Positions 49,771 to 62,285 of a stretch of 64,000 bases of DNA are shown one piece after another (the stretch's first letter is position 1; every line of letters starts with the position of its first letter). Under the pieces are notes generated by a model. That model worked only from the letters and a program-made list of their open reading frames with translations. It did not search any database and was not told where the DNA came from. The position numbers were made by a program, and so were the translations under genes. This stretch comes from Macrostomum lignano (lineage: Eukaryota), in assembly GCA_002269645.1 (NCBI GenBank), contig NIVC01002101.1, positions 140,473-204,472 of the forward strand. Direction: 5' to 3'.

Positions 49771-50869
49771 TGTGAACTGTACTCTGTTGAGTCCCCGGCG
49801 GTTTGCCTTGTTGTTGTCTCTTCAGAATAATTTGCCCAGCTGCGAACTGTGATGGTGCATATCGCGTACTCGCGATTCAAAAGTTTATGCTTCTTACTGT
49901 TTCACTGATCTAATTCCAAACCTACCACGCAAACTATTTACTTTTAATTCCGTGTGCTTTTCTTGTGTTTTACTTTTTACCGTTTGGTGTCAATGCTATT
50001 TATTGCGTGTAATATTGTCGCAAAATTCAACTTCGGATGTCAATATTTAGCTACTGCCGCTGTTCTGCATTACAAATACTTCCGCATGTACTGACGTAAC
50101 ATTGCGCCAATAATTTTACATTGCGTGGCGTCGAAACCAATCTGCTGTTGAATGCTACTAGCGTAGCTAATGGCCGTTTGAATCTCTTGAAATACATTGA
50201 AATGTCATGCTGTAGTATTGCTGTTGAAGATCTAAACGAGACTAGCCATACTCCCTACTGATCCATATGCTTCTCAAGCAAGGTATACGGAAAGCAGAAT
50301 GAGCAGCAAACTTAGTATTTGATCTTTGGATCCCTTATAGAACCAAGGGAAGGGATCTAGTCTAGATCTAACATTTAAATAAAAATTCTTGATATAATGG
50401 AATGCAATAAATGCCAACCGGAGTAATTTTTTAACTTCCACTTTCCCCGAGTTTGACCACTTTCTCTGCTACAGGCTTAAGCTAAACCAACGCAAAATAC
50501 GAGCCTGAATAAAAAACTACTCACTCCACAACCTTAACCTTAATATTTCTTTCTGCCACTGCTGTGTCTTGCAATACTCAAAAATCCTGTGACTTCGCTT
50601 CACAGATATTGCTTGAGAAACATATGCCGTCCCATTTGAATTGGCGCAGGTCTCTTTTACATCGTCAAAAGCAATATGTCTGGTGCCAATTATATTTGTG
50701 CCGATCAAACTTCCTAGAGAATGATTTGTTGATAACTACATGTCCCTGTCTTGAAGCTTGCACGCTGTCTTTAACCATTATTTTGTCGGTGTACAACGTG
50801 GAACCGATCAGACAAGTTGGTCGTAAATTCCCTAAAATCCTGGATAGGGGCTGAGCTGTTGGGGAAGAG

Positions 50870-51405
50870 CTAGGCGGCAAGCAGCGGAGCTGTTGGGGGA
50901 GCCGCGGTAGGCAGCGGAGCTGTTGGGGGAGCCGCGGTAGGCAGCGGAGCTGTTGGGGGAGAGGCGGTAGGCAGCGGAAATGTTGGGGGAGCCGCGGTAG
51001 GCAGCGGAGCTGTTGGGGGAGCCGCGGTAGGCAGCGGAGCTGTTGGGGGAGAGGCGGCAAGCAGCGGAGCTGTTGGGGAGCCGCGGTAGGCAGCGGAGCT
51101 GTTGGGGGAGAGGCGGCAAGCAGCGGAGCTGTTGGGGGAGCCGCGGTAGGCAGCGGAGCTGTTGGGGGAGAGGCGGCAAGCAGCGGAGCTGTTGGGGGAG
51201 CCGCGGTAGGCAGCGGAGCTGTTGGGGGAGCCGCGGTAGGCAGCGGAGCTGTTGGGGAGAGGCGGCAAGCAGCGGAGCTGTTGGGGGAGCCGCGGTAGGC
51301 AGCGGAGCTGTTGGGGGAGAGGCGGCAAGCAGCGGAGCTGTTGGGGGAGCCGCGGTAGGCAGCGGAGCTGTTGGGGGAGAGGCGGCAATTGCAGTGGAGC
51401 TGTTG
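50870..51405. repeat. 30 bp minisatellite (gcagcggagctgttgggggagccgcggtag), same family as 29884-31199; mirrored at ~52915-53280
   Basis: Units read directly; copy number differs between the two arms. Confidence 0.95.
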
Positions 51406-51654
51406 GGTGAAGGAGGAGGTAGCATACATGTAAGTACATGTAGGTTTCTATGCGATCATATTCCACAGAAGTCGCCTTCAAAATTGGATACATGTTCGGC
51501 GTTCGAAAAATGAATCCCTCTCAGTGTGCATCCCTCCCTGGTGGTACCAAAGAATACCATTTTGTCAATCAAGTTTAGGATTGCCCATTAACCTACAGAT
51601 ACGAGTAGTAGAAAGCGAAGACAATGAGGAAAGTGAAGCCTTTTGACGGGTCGC

Positions 51655-51846
51655 TTTCATAAGACCGAAATTTTACAACGCCGAAAACTACTGCACGATG
51701 CTTTCACAAGACCGAAACTTCATAAGACCGACCGAGACACAACGCTGAAAACTGACCAAGGTCTTATGAGGTCTTATGAAGTTTCCGTCTTGTGTAGGGC
51801 CCTGCATTTTGAGTTTTTGGCGTTGTGAAATTTCGGTCTTATGAAA
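51655..51846. mobile_element. 192 bp MITE-like foldback with ~35 bp terminal inverted repeats; mirrored at 52474-52665
   Basis: tttcataagaccgaaattttacaacgccgaaaact pairs with agtttttggcgttgtgaaatttcggtcttatgaaa (2 mismatches); internal cataagacc repeats. No TSD was recognised. Confidence 0.7.
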
Positions 51847-52370
51847 TCCCCCCTTTTACGAAGCCGATGAGTTCGTGCCGTAGTGTACTAAAATATCCGA
51901 GTTTAAGTGTATTCTTCTATAATTTAATTCGCTGCCTGTCAGCCACGATTGCGAGTGAAAAGTTGTGAAAAATGAAGGGGTAGGCTGAATTTGCTGAGCG
52001 AGTGGATTGCTTCAGTATTCAATTTTCAACATGGAAGAAGTGGATATAAACCTTGACATGAATGTCAACTTTTGACTGCTGGACAATCTGTAGCAACGAC
52101 ACTTCATCGGGCTGGACTGCCCAAGGGTGATGTCGCACGTGATTTCGAGCGTATTCTCAGCGTATTCATCAAAAACTTCAGCTTCAAGAAAAAAATTAAT
52201 GAGTGGCTCTACAATCGGTCTCGTTTTGAATTCTCAGGCAACAATTTAATGACTTTTGGCCATAGACGGCCTTTCCACTGGTAAAGAAAGAGCCAAGGAA
52301 GTAAGATATGAATTTTTATGTTTATACGAGTACATACATGTAAATTAATCTCCGCTCCCTGTATAGATCC

Positions 52371-55300
52371 ATCGTGGCTGACAGGCAGCGAATTAAATTA
52401 TAGAAGAATACACTTAAACTCGGATATTTTAGTACACTACGGCACGAACTCATCGGCTTCGTAAAAGGGGGGATTTCATAAGACCGAAATTTCACAACGC
52501 CAAAAACTCAAAATGCAGGGCCCTACACAAGACGGAAACTTCATAAGACCTCATAAGACCTTGGTCAGTTTTCAGCGTTGTGTCTCGGTCGGTCTTATGA
52601 AGTTTCGGTCTTGTGAAAGCATCGTGCAGTAGTTTTCGGCGTTGTAAAATTTCGGTCTTATGAAAGCGACCCGTCAAAAGGCTTCACTTTCCTCATTGTC
52701 TTCGCTTTCTACTATCTGTAGGTTAATGGGCAATCCTAAACTTGATTGACAAAATGGTATTCTTTGGTACCACCAGGGAGGGATGCACACTGAGAGGGAT
52801 TCATTTTTCGAACGCCGAACATGTATCCAATTTTGAAGGCGACTTCTGTGGAATATGATCGCATAGAAACCTACATGTACTTACATGTATGCTACCTCCT
52901 CCTTCACCCAACAGCTCCACTGCAATTGCCGCCTCTCCCCCAACAGCTCCGCTGCTTGCCGCCTCTCCCCCAACAGCTCCGCTGCCTACCGCGGCTCCCC
53001 CAACAGCTCCGCTGCTTGCCGCCTCTCCCCCAACAGCTCCGCTGCTTGCCGCCTCTCCCCCAGCAGCTCCGCTGCCTACCGCGGCTCCCCCAACATTTCC
53101 GCTGTCTACCGCCTCTCCCCCAACAGCTCCGCTGCCTACCGCGGCTCCCCCAACAGCTCCGCTGCCTACCGCGGCTCCCCCAACAGCTCCGCTGCCTACC
53201 GCGGCTCCCCCAACAGCTCCGCTGCCTACCGCGGCTCCCCCAACAGCTCCGCTGCTTGCCGCCTAGCTCTTCCCCAACAGCTCAGCCCCTATCCAGGATT
53301 TTAGGGAATTTACGACCAACTTGTCTGATCGGTTCCACGTTGTACACCGACAAAATAATGGTTAAAGACAGCGTGCAAGCTTCAAGACAGGGACATGTAG
53401 TTATCAACAAATCATTCTCTAGGAAGTTTGATCGGCACAAATATAATTGGCACCAGACATATTGCTTTTGACGATGTAAAAGAGACCTGCGCCAATTCAA
53501 ATGGGACGGCATATGTTTCTCAAGCAATATCTGTGAAGCGAAGTCACAGGATTTTTGAGTATTGCAAGACACAGCAGTGGCAGAAAGAAATATTAAGGTT
53601 AAGGTTGTGGAGTGAGTTGTTTTTTATTCAGGCTCGTATTTTGCGTTGGTTTAGCTTAAGCCTGTAGCAGAGAAAGTGGTCAAACTCGGGGAAAGTGGAA
53701 GTTAAAAAATTACTCCGGTTGGCATTTATTGCATTCCATTATATCAAGAATTTTTATTTAAATGTTAGATCTAGACTAGATCCCTTCCCTTGGTTCTATA
53801 AGGGATCCAAAGATCAAATACTAAGTTTGCTGCTCATTCTGCTTTCCGTATACCTTGCTTGAGAAGCATATGGATCAGTAGGGAGTATGGCTAGTCTCGT
53901 TTAGATCTTCAACAGCAATACTACAGCATGACATTTCAATGTATTTCAAGAGATTCAAACGGCCATTAGCTACGCTAGTAGCATTCAACAGCAGATTGGT
54001 TTCGACGCCACGCAATGTAAAATTATTGGCGCAATGTTACGTCAGTACATGCGGAAGTATTTGTAATGCAGAACAGCGGCAGTAGCTAAATATTGACATC
54101 CGAAGTTGAATTTTGCGACAATATTACACGCAATAAATAGCATTGACACCAAACGGTAAAAAGTAAAACACAAGAAAAGCACACGGAATTAAAAGTAAAT
54201 AGTTTGCGTGGTAGGTTTGGAATTAGATCAGTGAAACAGTAAGAAGCATAAACTTTTGAATCGCGAGTACGCGATATGCACCATCACAGTTCGCAGCTGG
54301 GCAAATTATTCTGAAGAGACAACAACAAGGCAAACCGCCGGGGACTCAACAGAGTACAGTTCACAATGGAGGCGGTGTCAGATCAGTTTTCTCGGTGCGA
54401 GCTCTCTGAAGGCGGCAACAGAATTCCTAGCCGATCACCCCAGCGTCATCTAGCAAGCAATCCGCGTAGCGGCTCGCCCGGCCGTAGCCTCGGGGCCAGG
54501 GGCCCTGCATCGTGAGTAGCAGGACGTCCTGCACTGGTTGAGAACAGTAAGCCTCCGCCGAATGGTGTGGCCCGCCAGTTGAAGTCTTTGCCTGCGGAGG
54601 GTCTCGCTAGGTCGTCGCAGCAGTCTGGCAGCGCGGCGTCCTACAGGACAACTCGGATAGAGCGGAAGGCAACCCAGGCCAGGCCCCTGCGTCGCGCCAA
54701 GTCCTCCTGGACACTGGGCACAAGACTGCCGAGGTACGTAAAGCGCGTGCAGCGAGGTAGAGCCAATGCACGATCGTCGGCGTCCCAGCAGGTGATTTTG
54801 ATAGGCAGCTCCGCAGGTACACATCACCTGCCTCTTCTCGATGTTCACCGCTAGCCCGACCGATGCCGCAGCTGCCACCAGGCTGTCTAGCATGCGCTGG
54901 GCTCCCTCAGCCGTAGAGGCAAACAGCTCCTGGGTTACGCCGACTCCAGATGGCGGCTGTTTGTTTGCAGCCACAGTAGGAAGCCGTCCTCATATGTTGG
55001 CAGGGCCCTCCGTAGCACCCCATCGAGCACCAAAACGAAAAGGTAGGCCGCAAGTGTGTCGCTCTGCAGCACCCTGAGGTCGTGTTGAACAGGTTGGACA
55101 GTACGTCAGGTGCCATTACGGCGGCGGTAGAGAGTTATGGTTGCTGCGACCAGTCGCTACGGCACGTAGAATGACCACAAGACCGATGCGAGGACATTCT
55201 GAAAAGAGGAAGGAGATAAATTCTTCTTCACTTCTGAAAAGAATAGTTAAAGTTTAATTAGCAGAGCTACGAGGTGAGGCTGGAAAGAAGAAAAGGGGGG

Positions 55301-58119
55301 GCCTGAAGGGGAGAAGAGGCTGGGGTCTAAAGGGGAGAAGAGGGTTTGAAGGGGAAGAGAGGGTGGGATCTGTAGGGGAGGAGAGGGTGGAATCTGAAGG
55401 GGTCAGGGGAGGAGAGGGTGGGTACTGAATGGAGGAGAGGGTCAGGTCTGAAGGGGAGGAAAGGGCTGGGTCTGAAGGGGAGAAAAAGGAGCAAAGCAAA
55501 GAGGAATAGCAAGGAGAATGGGGGACAAGGAGAATGGAGAAGGGAAATAGCAACAAGGATAGAGGAGGAAGGGAATGAAAAGGATAGAGGAGGAGGGGAA
55601 GTTCAGCAGGGAATATAAAAGAAAAAAACAGGAATAGAAGGAAGGTAAGAGAATAGCAAGGATGGGTAAGGAGAAGAATATCAAGGCTAGGGGAGAATAG
55701 CAAAGAGAAAAAGGGAGAGTGAAAGACCTTAAGCAAACTGACTTCAACTACTCAGAAGCTTCTAAAAGGAATATTTGAGCAACTATTAGCATATAAGGTA
55801 GGGCAGTTTAGCACAACTTGCCTAGTACGAGCTCGTAGATAGGTATATTAGGACTACTAGCCTTGTAGGGTACAGAGTTGTTTAGCAACTACTAGTCAGG
55901 TAGATAGAGTGGATTAGTACCTAGAAGACTGGCAGGTTGACCCGCGAAGCCTAACAGACTATAAAGTAGATTAGCACCTATAAGTCTAGACGGTAGAATG
56001 ATAGGTATTATATTTACTAGCCTAGTAGGTAGGATAGGCTACTAACCTAGTATAGTAGATAGAATCTAATCTAGGTTCATTATCCTGTTATTCCTCCTGT
56101 TATAGGAGGGTAGGAGCTGATGGCGGAGGCTAGGAGGGTAATAGTTGGTAGAGGAGGGTAGGAGCTGGTAGAAGAGAGAAGGGAAAGTGTCGAAGGGTAG
56201 AGCAGGGCAGGGGAGAGTAGAAGGTAGGAGGGTAGGAAATGGTAGAAGGGCAGAGAAGGGTAGGAGCTGGTAGAGGAGAGTAGGGGGTGAGGCTGGCAAC
56301 GGAGGGTAAAGCCATAGACAAGGGTATAGCTGCAGAGGAGGGGAGGAGCTGGTAGAAGAGGGTAGAGAAGGGGTAGAGGGTAGAGAAGGATAGAGGTGTG
56401 TAGGATAGTAGAGGAGAGTAGGAGGATAAAGGGTAGAGAAGAGTAAGGAGAGGATAGAAAAGTAGAGGAGGGTAGGGGGGCTGTCTGGGAGGGTTTGCCT
56501 GGGAAAGCTGCCTTGAAAGGTTTGCCTGGGGGCTGCCTAGGAAAGATAGCCTAGAAGGACTGCCTGGGAGGAATTAATGATTAAAGCAACAAAAAAAGTA
56601 TTCATAAAAATACAAACAGCACATGTGGAGTGCACGGGGTGTAGGGAGTGCAGGGGTGCAGGAGTTAAAGAAGTAGAATTCTGCTGGGGTTAGGGCTAGG
56701 ATAGTGAAAGGGCCAGATCTGGGGGTCTAGGGCCAAGACTGGGATGGGGTAGGGCTGGCGCTGAGATGGGGTAGGGCTGGCGCTGAGATGGGGTAGGGCT
56801 GGCACTGGGGTGGGGTAGGGCTGGGGTGGGGTAGGGCTGGGGCTGGAGTGGGGTAGGGCTAGCGCTAGGGTGGGGTAGGGCTGGCGATGGGGTGGGGTAG
56901 GGCTGACGCTGGGGTGGGGTAGGGCTTGGGTGGGGTAGGGCTGGGGCTAGGGCTAGGGCAAGGGCAGGGGCTGGGGCTAGGGCTAGGGCTAGGGCAGGGG
57001 CTGGGGCTAGGGCAGATGCAGGGGCAGGGGCAGGGGCAAGGGCTTAGGCTAAGGCTAGGGCAAGGGCTCGGGCAAGGGCTAGGGCTTGGGCTAAGGCTTG
57101 GGCTAAGGCTAGGGCTAGGGCTAAGGCTAGGGCAAGGGCTGGGGCTAGGGCTAGGGCAGGGGCTAGGGCAGGGGCAAGGGCTAGGCTAGGGCTAGGGCTT
57201 GGGCTTGGGCTAAGGCTAGGGCAAGGGCTTGGGCTAAGGCTAGGGCAAAGGCTGGGGCTGGGGCTAAGGCTGGGGCTTGGGCTTATCTTACTGTCTATAT
57301 CAGGCAAAAATGCCTCGTCAGCTACTTAGTACTACTACGGGGGTATTTCGGGTGGGCATTTTTGCGACTTCCTTGGTTGGCTGCCAAATCAGTCGGCCGG
57401 ATCGGCCGACTCGGCCGACTGTTGCGCATGTATGGGCTAGGGCAAAGGCTGGGGCTGGGGCTAAGGCTGGGGCTTGGGCTTGGGCTAAGGCTAGGGCAAG
57501 GGCAAAGGCTGGGGCTAGGGCTGGGGCTAGGGCTGGTTCTAGGGCTGGGGCTAGGGCTGGGGCTAGGGCAAGGGCTAGGGCTGGGGCAGGGATAACAAGC
57601 ACTAAGGCTAAGGCCAGGGCTAGGGGAGGAACTAGGGCTAGGGCTAAGGTTAGGGCTAGATTAGGGGCTGGGATAGAGTGGGATAGGGCTGGGGCTGGGC
57701 TAGTGCTTGAGCTTAAGCTAGAGCTGGCTGCTAGGGCTGTGGTGTGGCTAGAGCTTGAGCTGGGGCTTGATCTCAAGCTAGGGCTAAGCTGGGGCTAGGG
57801 CTAAGAGAATGAAGCCACAAATAAATGTAAAGCTATAAACAAGGGTAGAACCTAGTAGAAGAGGGTAGAGATAGGTTGAAGAGGATAGGATCAAAAGGTG
57901 AGGGGAGGGTAAAAAGGGTAGAAAAGAGTATAAGGATAACAAGGATAAGAGAATAAGAAAAGAGGATATAGAAAGATGAAAAAAGGGTTACACCAAAGCA
58001 TGCTAACTAAACATATTTTAATCCAATAAAAAGGCTAAATTAATGCTTTTATCTTTAGCCTAGGCTAAAGCTTAGGTAGGCTTAGCTATTTTGAATCAAA
58101 TATAGACCTAATTAGAATA
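52371..58119 (-). repeat. Right arm (~5.7 kb) of the giant inverted repeat
   Basis: Mirror of 45907-51949; differs in tandem copy numbers, small indels and a unique insert at ~57284-57433. Confidence 0.97.
54390..55116 (-). mobile_element. Mirror copy of the RTE-like LINE RT fragment
   Basis: Mirrored ORFs of 49019-49770. Confidence 0.85.
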
Positions 58120-60619
58120 TATTAATCCAAACCAAATATACTAAATCTCTAATATTTGCTTATATGCTTAATTATTTATATTAGGCCTAGGCCTAGTAGG
58201 TAGGCTTCAAGTTTACTCACTAATTCATTAGTATAATAAATAGTATTATTAGGGTTAAACTTTTCTTTAGCCCTAGGCCTAGCACTATATATAACTTGGT
58301 ATATATAAATTTTGGTAGGCTAGTATATTTAATTTTAAATTTCAATTCTATTTAGCAATGATTTATTTTGGCTAGGCCTAGGGCTTAAATTAAATAGGTT
58401 TGATATCAAATCAAATAGTCAATTTTGTGTAAAATGGATTAAAAACTTAATAGGCCTACATTAAAATTAAGTCCTTAAAGCTATAGAGTTCTATCCTAGG
58501 CTAGATAGAATTAGGCCCTATACTACCATGGTCACGATCGTGTACCGCTGTACGCCGGAACGAAAATTGCTTCCGTAGCTCATGCACGCCAATGTACGCC
58601 AACGAACTTTTTATCGCATACAAAAATACGCCAAAATAGAAATTACAAACTACAACTAATAATAAAAGCTTGCAAAATTTTAATATTTGATCAACCTATG
58701 TGTTAAAACTGAAAATCTTTTTACTAAACTGTAGAGAACTAGTTCATTTTAACTAATTTTGTTTTACTTTTTCTTTCTTGAAAGGTTAAGCCCGGTTTTT
58801 TAAATTTAGTTTTCTGTTTTTTTCGTAAAGGTTTTTTTCGTATTCCGGAAAAGACACACTCATCAATAATTCATTTTTTCTCCTATAAACTTTGAAATTC
58901 AAAAGAGTTAGCGCAAAAAACAGTTACATTAAATGAGAAATTATTATTTTTATTGAAAAGAATCATCCCTGTTGCCTTAGTTTGTGAAAAATCGTTAACA
59001 GTATGAATTTGCGAAAAGTCGGTCAACTAACGAGGTTCATTTTTAGTATCACCCGTGTCACAACGATAAAGCGGTAAACTACGTGCGCATCGTGGCTTAC
59101 AAAGCCACAGCCTACGCGTATAGTCGTAGCTTTACGGGTAGTTTACCGCTTTCAATGCGGAACATATATGGTACTTTTACATAGGGCTGGGAATAAAGCG
59201 CTAATTTAAATGCGCTTATTCTAGGACAATTAATTGGCTGGCTGACTAAGGATTCTTGAGAGGATTTTGCCTTTGGATTGTTGAGCATCATATAGGCCTA
59301 GACAAAGACACCTAGTTAATCTTTTGCAGTCGATTTGCTTAATAGAAGAGAAACCTTTATTTCTATTAAGGAGAGAATAATATGTGGGTCTGTTTAAGAT
59401 ATAGTTTATTAATGAATTAAATATGGACAATGTCATAATTGCATATAGACCTAATATAGGCCTAGGCCTAGCACCTAGGCTATTGCTATTCAGATATTGT
59501 CATCATAATGAATATAGTCAGTGCTGGGCGTTAACTAGTTATTTGTTTAACTAGTTAATTAACTAGTTAAATTTTTTAAAAATCGTTAAATTTTCGTTAA
59601 ATTTTTTATGTATTAACTCAGCCGTGTCCCACTCGTGAGGCCATTCTATCCTCGGAAAACACGGTGTAGCGCTGCATGTATTTCTGGCTTTATTTTACGT
59701 TGTATTTAATACATTTTTTTAAAAGAATTAACACCCGTGTTGACAGGATACGCCACTTTATAAAGCCAAATTGAACATGATCGCTGATTGCCTTTAAGCA
59801 TGTTGCGAACAAGTTCTGTGTTCAAAGATCATGTTCACAAGGCCTACTAAAGCCAACTAATATTTAATTGGCTAGTAAAATTGCCGTCAATTTAAAATGA
59901 GCTAGGGGCCTGGACTATATAGTTTTAGGATAGGGTAAGGTTAGGCCCAGTACACGAGTCGTTACAGTTTAATACAAAGCCATTTCATTATTGTTAACCA
60001 CTAACAAGCCAGTAGTTAATCTTTACTAGGCTTAAATACAACTAGACTAATTGACTAATAGGCCTAGCTCAAAAAGCTAGTTTTGATATCAAGCAACTAG
60101 GCCTATTTTATTGTTGGAATTGAATTGCACTGTATAGTATATTGGCCAATTGACCTTTTCTGGTCTACTTTAGAATGACAGGGATATATTATCTTTATTT
60201 AAAAGGCTAGGATAGGCTATTATAGGTTATTAATGACTAGATAAGTTGATAAGTTCTTTTTAATCTATATCTGGGCTTCTTGCTATCTTGGTTGAAATTT
60301 ATACTATAGAGCCTAGCCCTAGGCCTATATATAGCATATGCTAGGCCTATGACTAGTCTTAGGTTTTTAGGTTTTTATTGTAGCCATGTAAAGGCAGGAC
60401 TAGGCCTAGGTCTAATCAAGTATTATATATTATATGGACATATAGCTCATATAGCTAAGTAGCTACTTTAGGCTATAAAAAGTTTTTGTTATTTATATTA
60501 GTGCTACTGCTAGTGCTAGGCCTAGTAAAATACTTGTAGGGCCTATATTAAAAATTTCTATTTCTAATTCTAGTATACCATATTATAAGCATTTAAAAAA
60601 TATATTTTTGGTATAAGCC

Positions 60620-61236
60620 TTCCCAGGCAGCCCTCCCAGGCTACCCTTCCCAGGCTACCCTTCTAGGCAGCCCTCCCAGGCAGCCCTCCCAGGCTACCCC
60701 TCCCAGGCTACCCTTCCAGGCAGCCTTCCCAGGCTACCCCTCCTAGGCAGTCCTCCCAGGCTACCCTTCCTAGGCAGCCCTCTTATCCTACCCCTCCCAG
60801 GCAACGCTCCCAGCCTACCCCTCCCAGCCTACCCTTCCTAAGCAGCCCTCCTAGCCTACCCCTCCCAGCCTACCCCTCCCAGCCTACCTTTCCCAGGCAG
60901 CCCTACCAGGCTATCCTTCCCAGGCAGCCCTCCCAGCCTACCCCTCCCAGGCAGCGCTCCTAGCCTACCCCTCCCAGCCTACCCTTCCTAGGCAGCCCTC
61001 CCAGCCTACCTTTCCCGGCCTACCCCTCCCAGCCTACCCCTCCCAGGCAGCGCACCCAGGCTACCCCTCCCAGGCTACCTCTCCTAGGCAGCCCTCCTAG
61101 GCTACCCTTCCCAGGCAGAGGCAGCCCTCCTAGCCCACCCCTCCCAGGCATCCCTCCCAGGCTACCCTTCCCAGGCAGCCCTCCCAGGCTACCCCTCCCA
61201 GACAGCCCTCCCAGGCTACCCCTCCCAGGCTACCCT
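60620..61236. repeat. ~15-16 bp degenerate minisatellite (cctcccaggctaccc / cctcccaggcagc)
   Basis: Units read directly; a related short stretch lies at ~47565-47660 and its mirror. Confidence 0.9.
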
Positions 61237-61939
61237 TGATTGGATTGGACTGTTGTTAGTTTGTCCATTGTTAGTTAAGGATTCAGTCAGGGTTCCTTAT
61301 GCACAATGTGTAGAAGAGAATTCATATGATTATATCTTATTATCATCTGCTTGTATCAATAATACATGTACATGTGTTACTGTTTTTTTTACTTGCACAC
61401 GTAGTAATTATTTGGAGCTAGAAGCAAAATGACTACATGTACAAATGGCTAGAAATGTATAGTCATTTAATCTACCAAGAAAGAAGTAACTCAATGCAGC
61501 AAAAAATTTGGATTGTTACATTCATATCATACATTGTAAAAGTATATCAATCCAATAAATAGCTAAAGCATCAAAGGTAAAGGAAAACACATTTTTTCAC
61601 TCAGTATTCAAATATTGCACGTTAAAAATATACTACCATTTGAGTGAATCATTCAATGATTTTTACATTATATATAAGCATTTGAATAAAAAATTCTTGC
61701 AAAAAAACTAAGACTTACCAAAATTGTTGATCTTGTTACAGTCGTTGAAACTTATGATGCATATTGTCGTAATTAACGATCTTCTAAAAAATACAATCTT
61801 TTGCATATCATAATTAACAATTTTTTGCATATGAAATAATTAAAATTGATCGACTAAATGACAAGACTGCTATTATTTACTTTGATATATATGTATTTGG
61901 TAAAAAATGTGTTGCTCTACAAGAAAAAAACTTAAAATG

Positions 61940-62045
61940 TAATCCCAATGATCCCGATATGTATCATCATCGGGATTGGGATCCCGACAACCCCTCGGGA
62001 TCCCATGTTTCTGGGATCGGGATCGGGATCCCGTCCGACCCCTAG
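61940..62045 (-). mobile_element. Probable DNA-transposon terminus (hAT-like TAGGG start with GGGATCCCG subterminal repeats)
   Basis: Reverse complement begins taggggtcggacgggatcccgatcccgatccc with several further atcccg repeats. The partner end was not found. Confidence 0.45.
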
Positions 62046-62285
62046 TTTCTGGGTTTAGTTGTTAGGTGCCTGCGGTGGTTGCTAGGGTGTTTATAGGATT
62101 GGTGGTTACTAGGGTGTTTATAGGTTTGGTTGTTAGGTGTCTGAGGTCGTTGCTAGGTGTTCAGGGATTGGTTTCTAGGTGCCTGGACTGGTTGCTAGGT
62201 GGCACTTTTTACACTAAAGTTTGATCATAAGATATTAAGCTCATGTCAGATAAATGACATAAATGCTAACATGTAATTCTTCCAG

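Larger units (their letters stand above)
45907..51949 (+). repeat. Left arm (~6.0 kb) of a giant inverted repeat
   Basis: Reverse-complement match to 52371-58119 checked at both ends; mirrored ORFs throughout. Confidence 0.97.
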
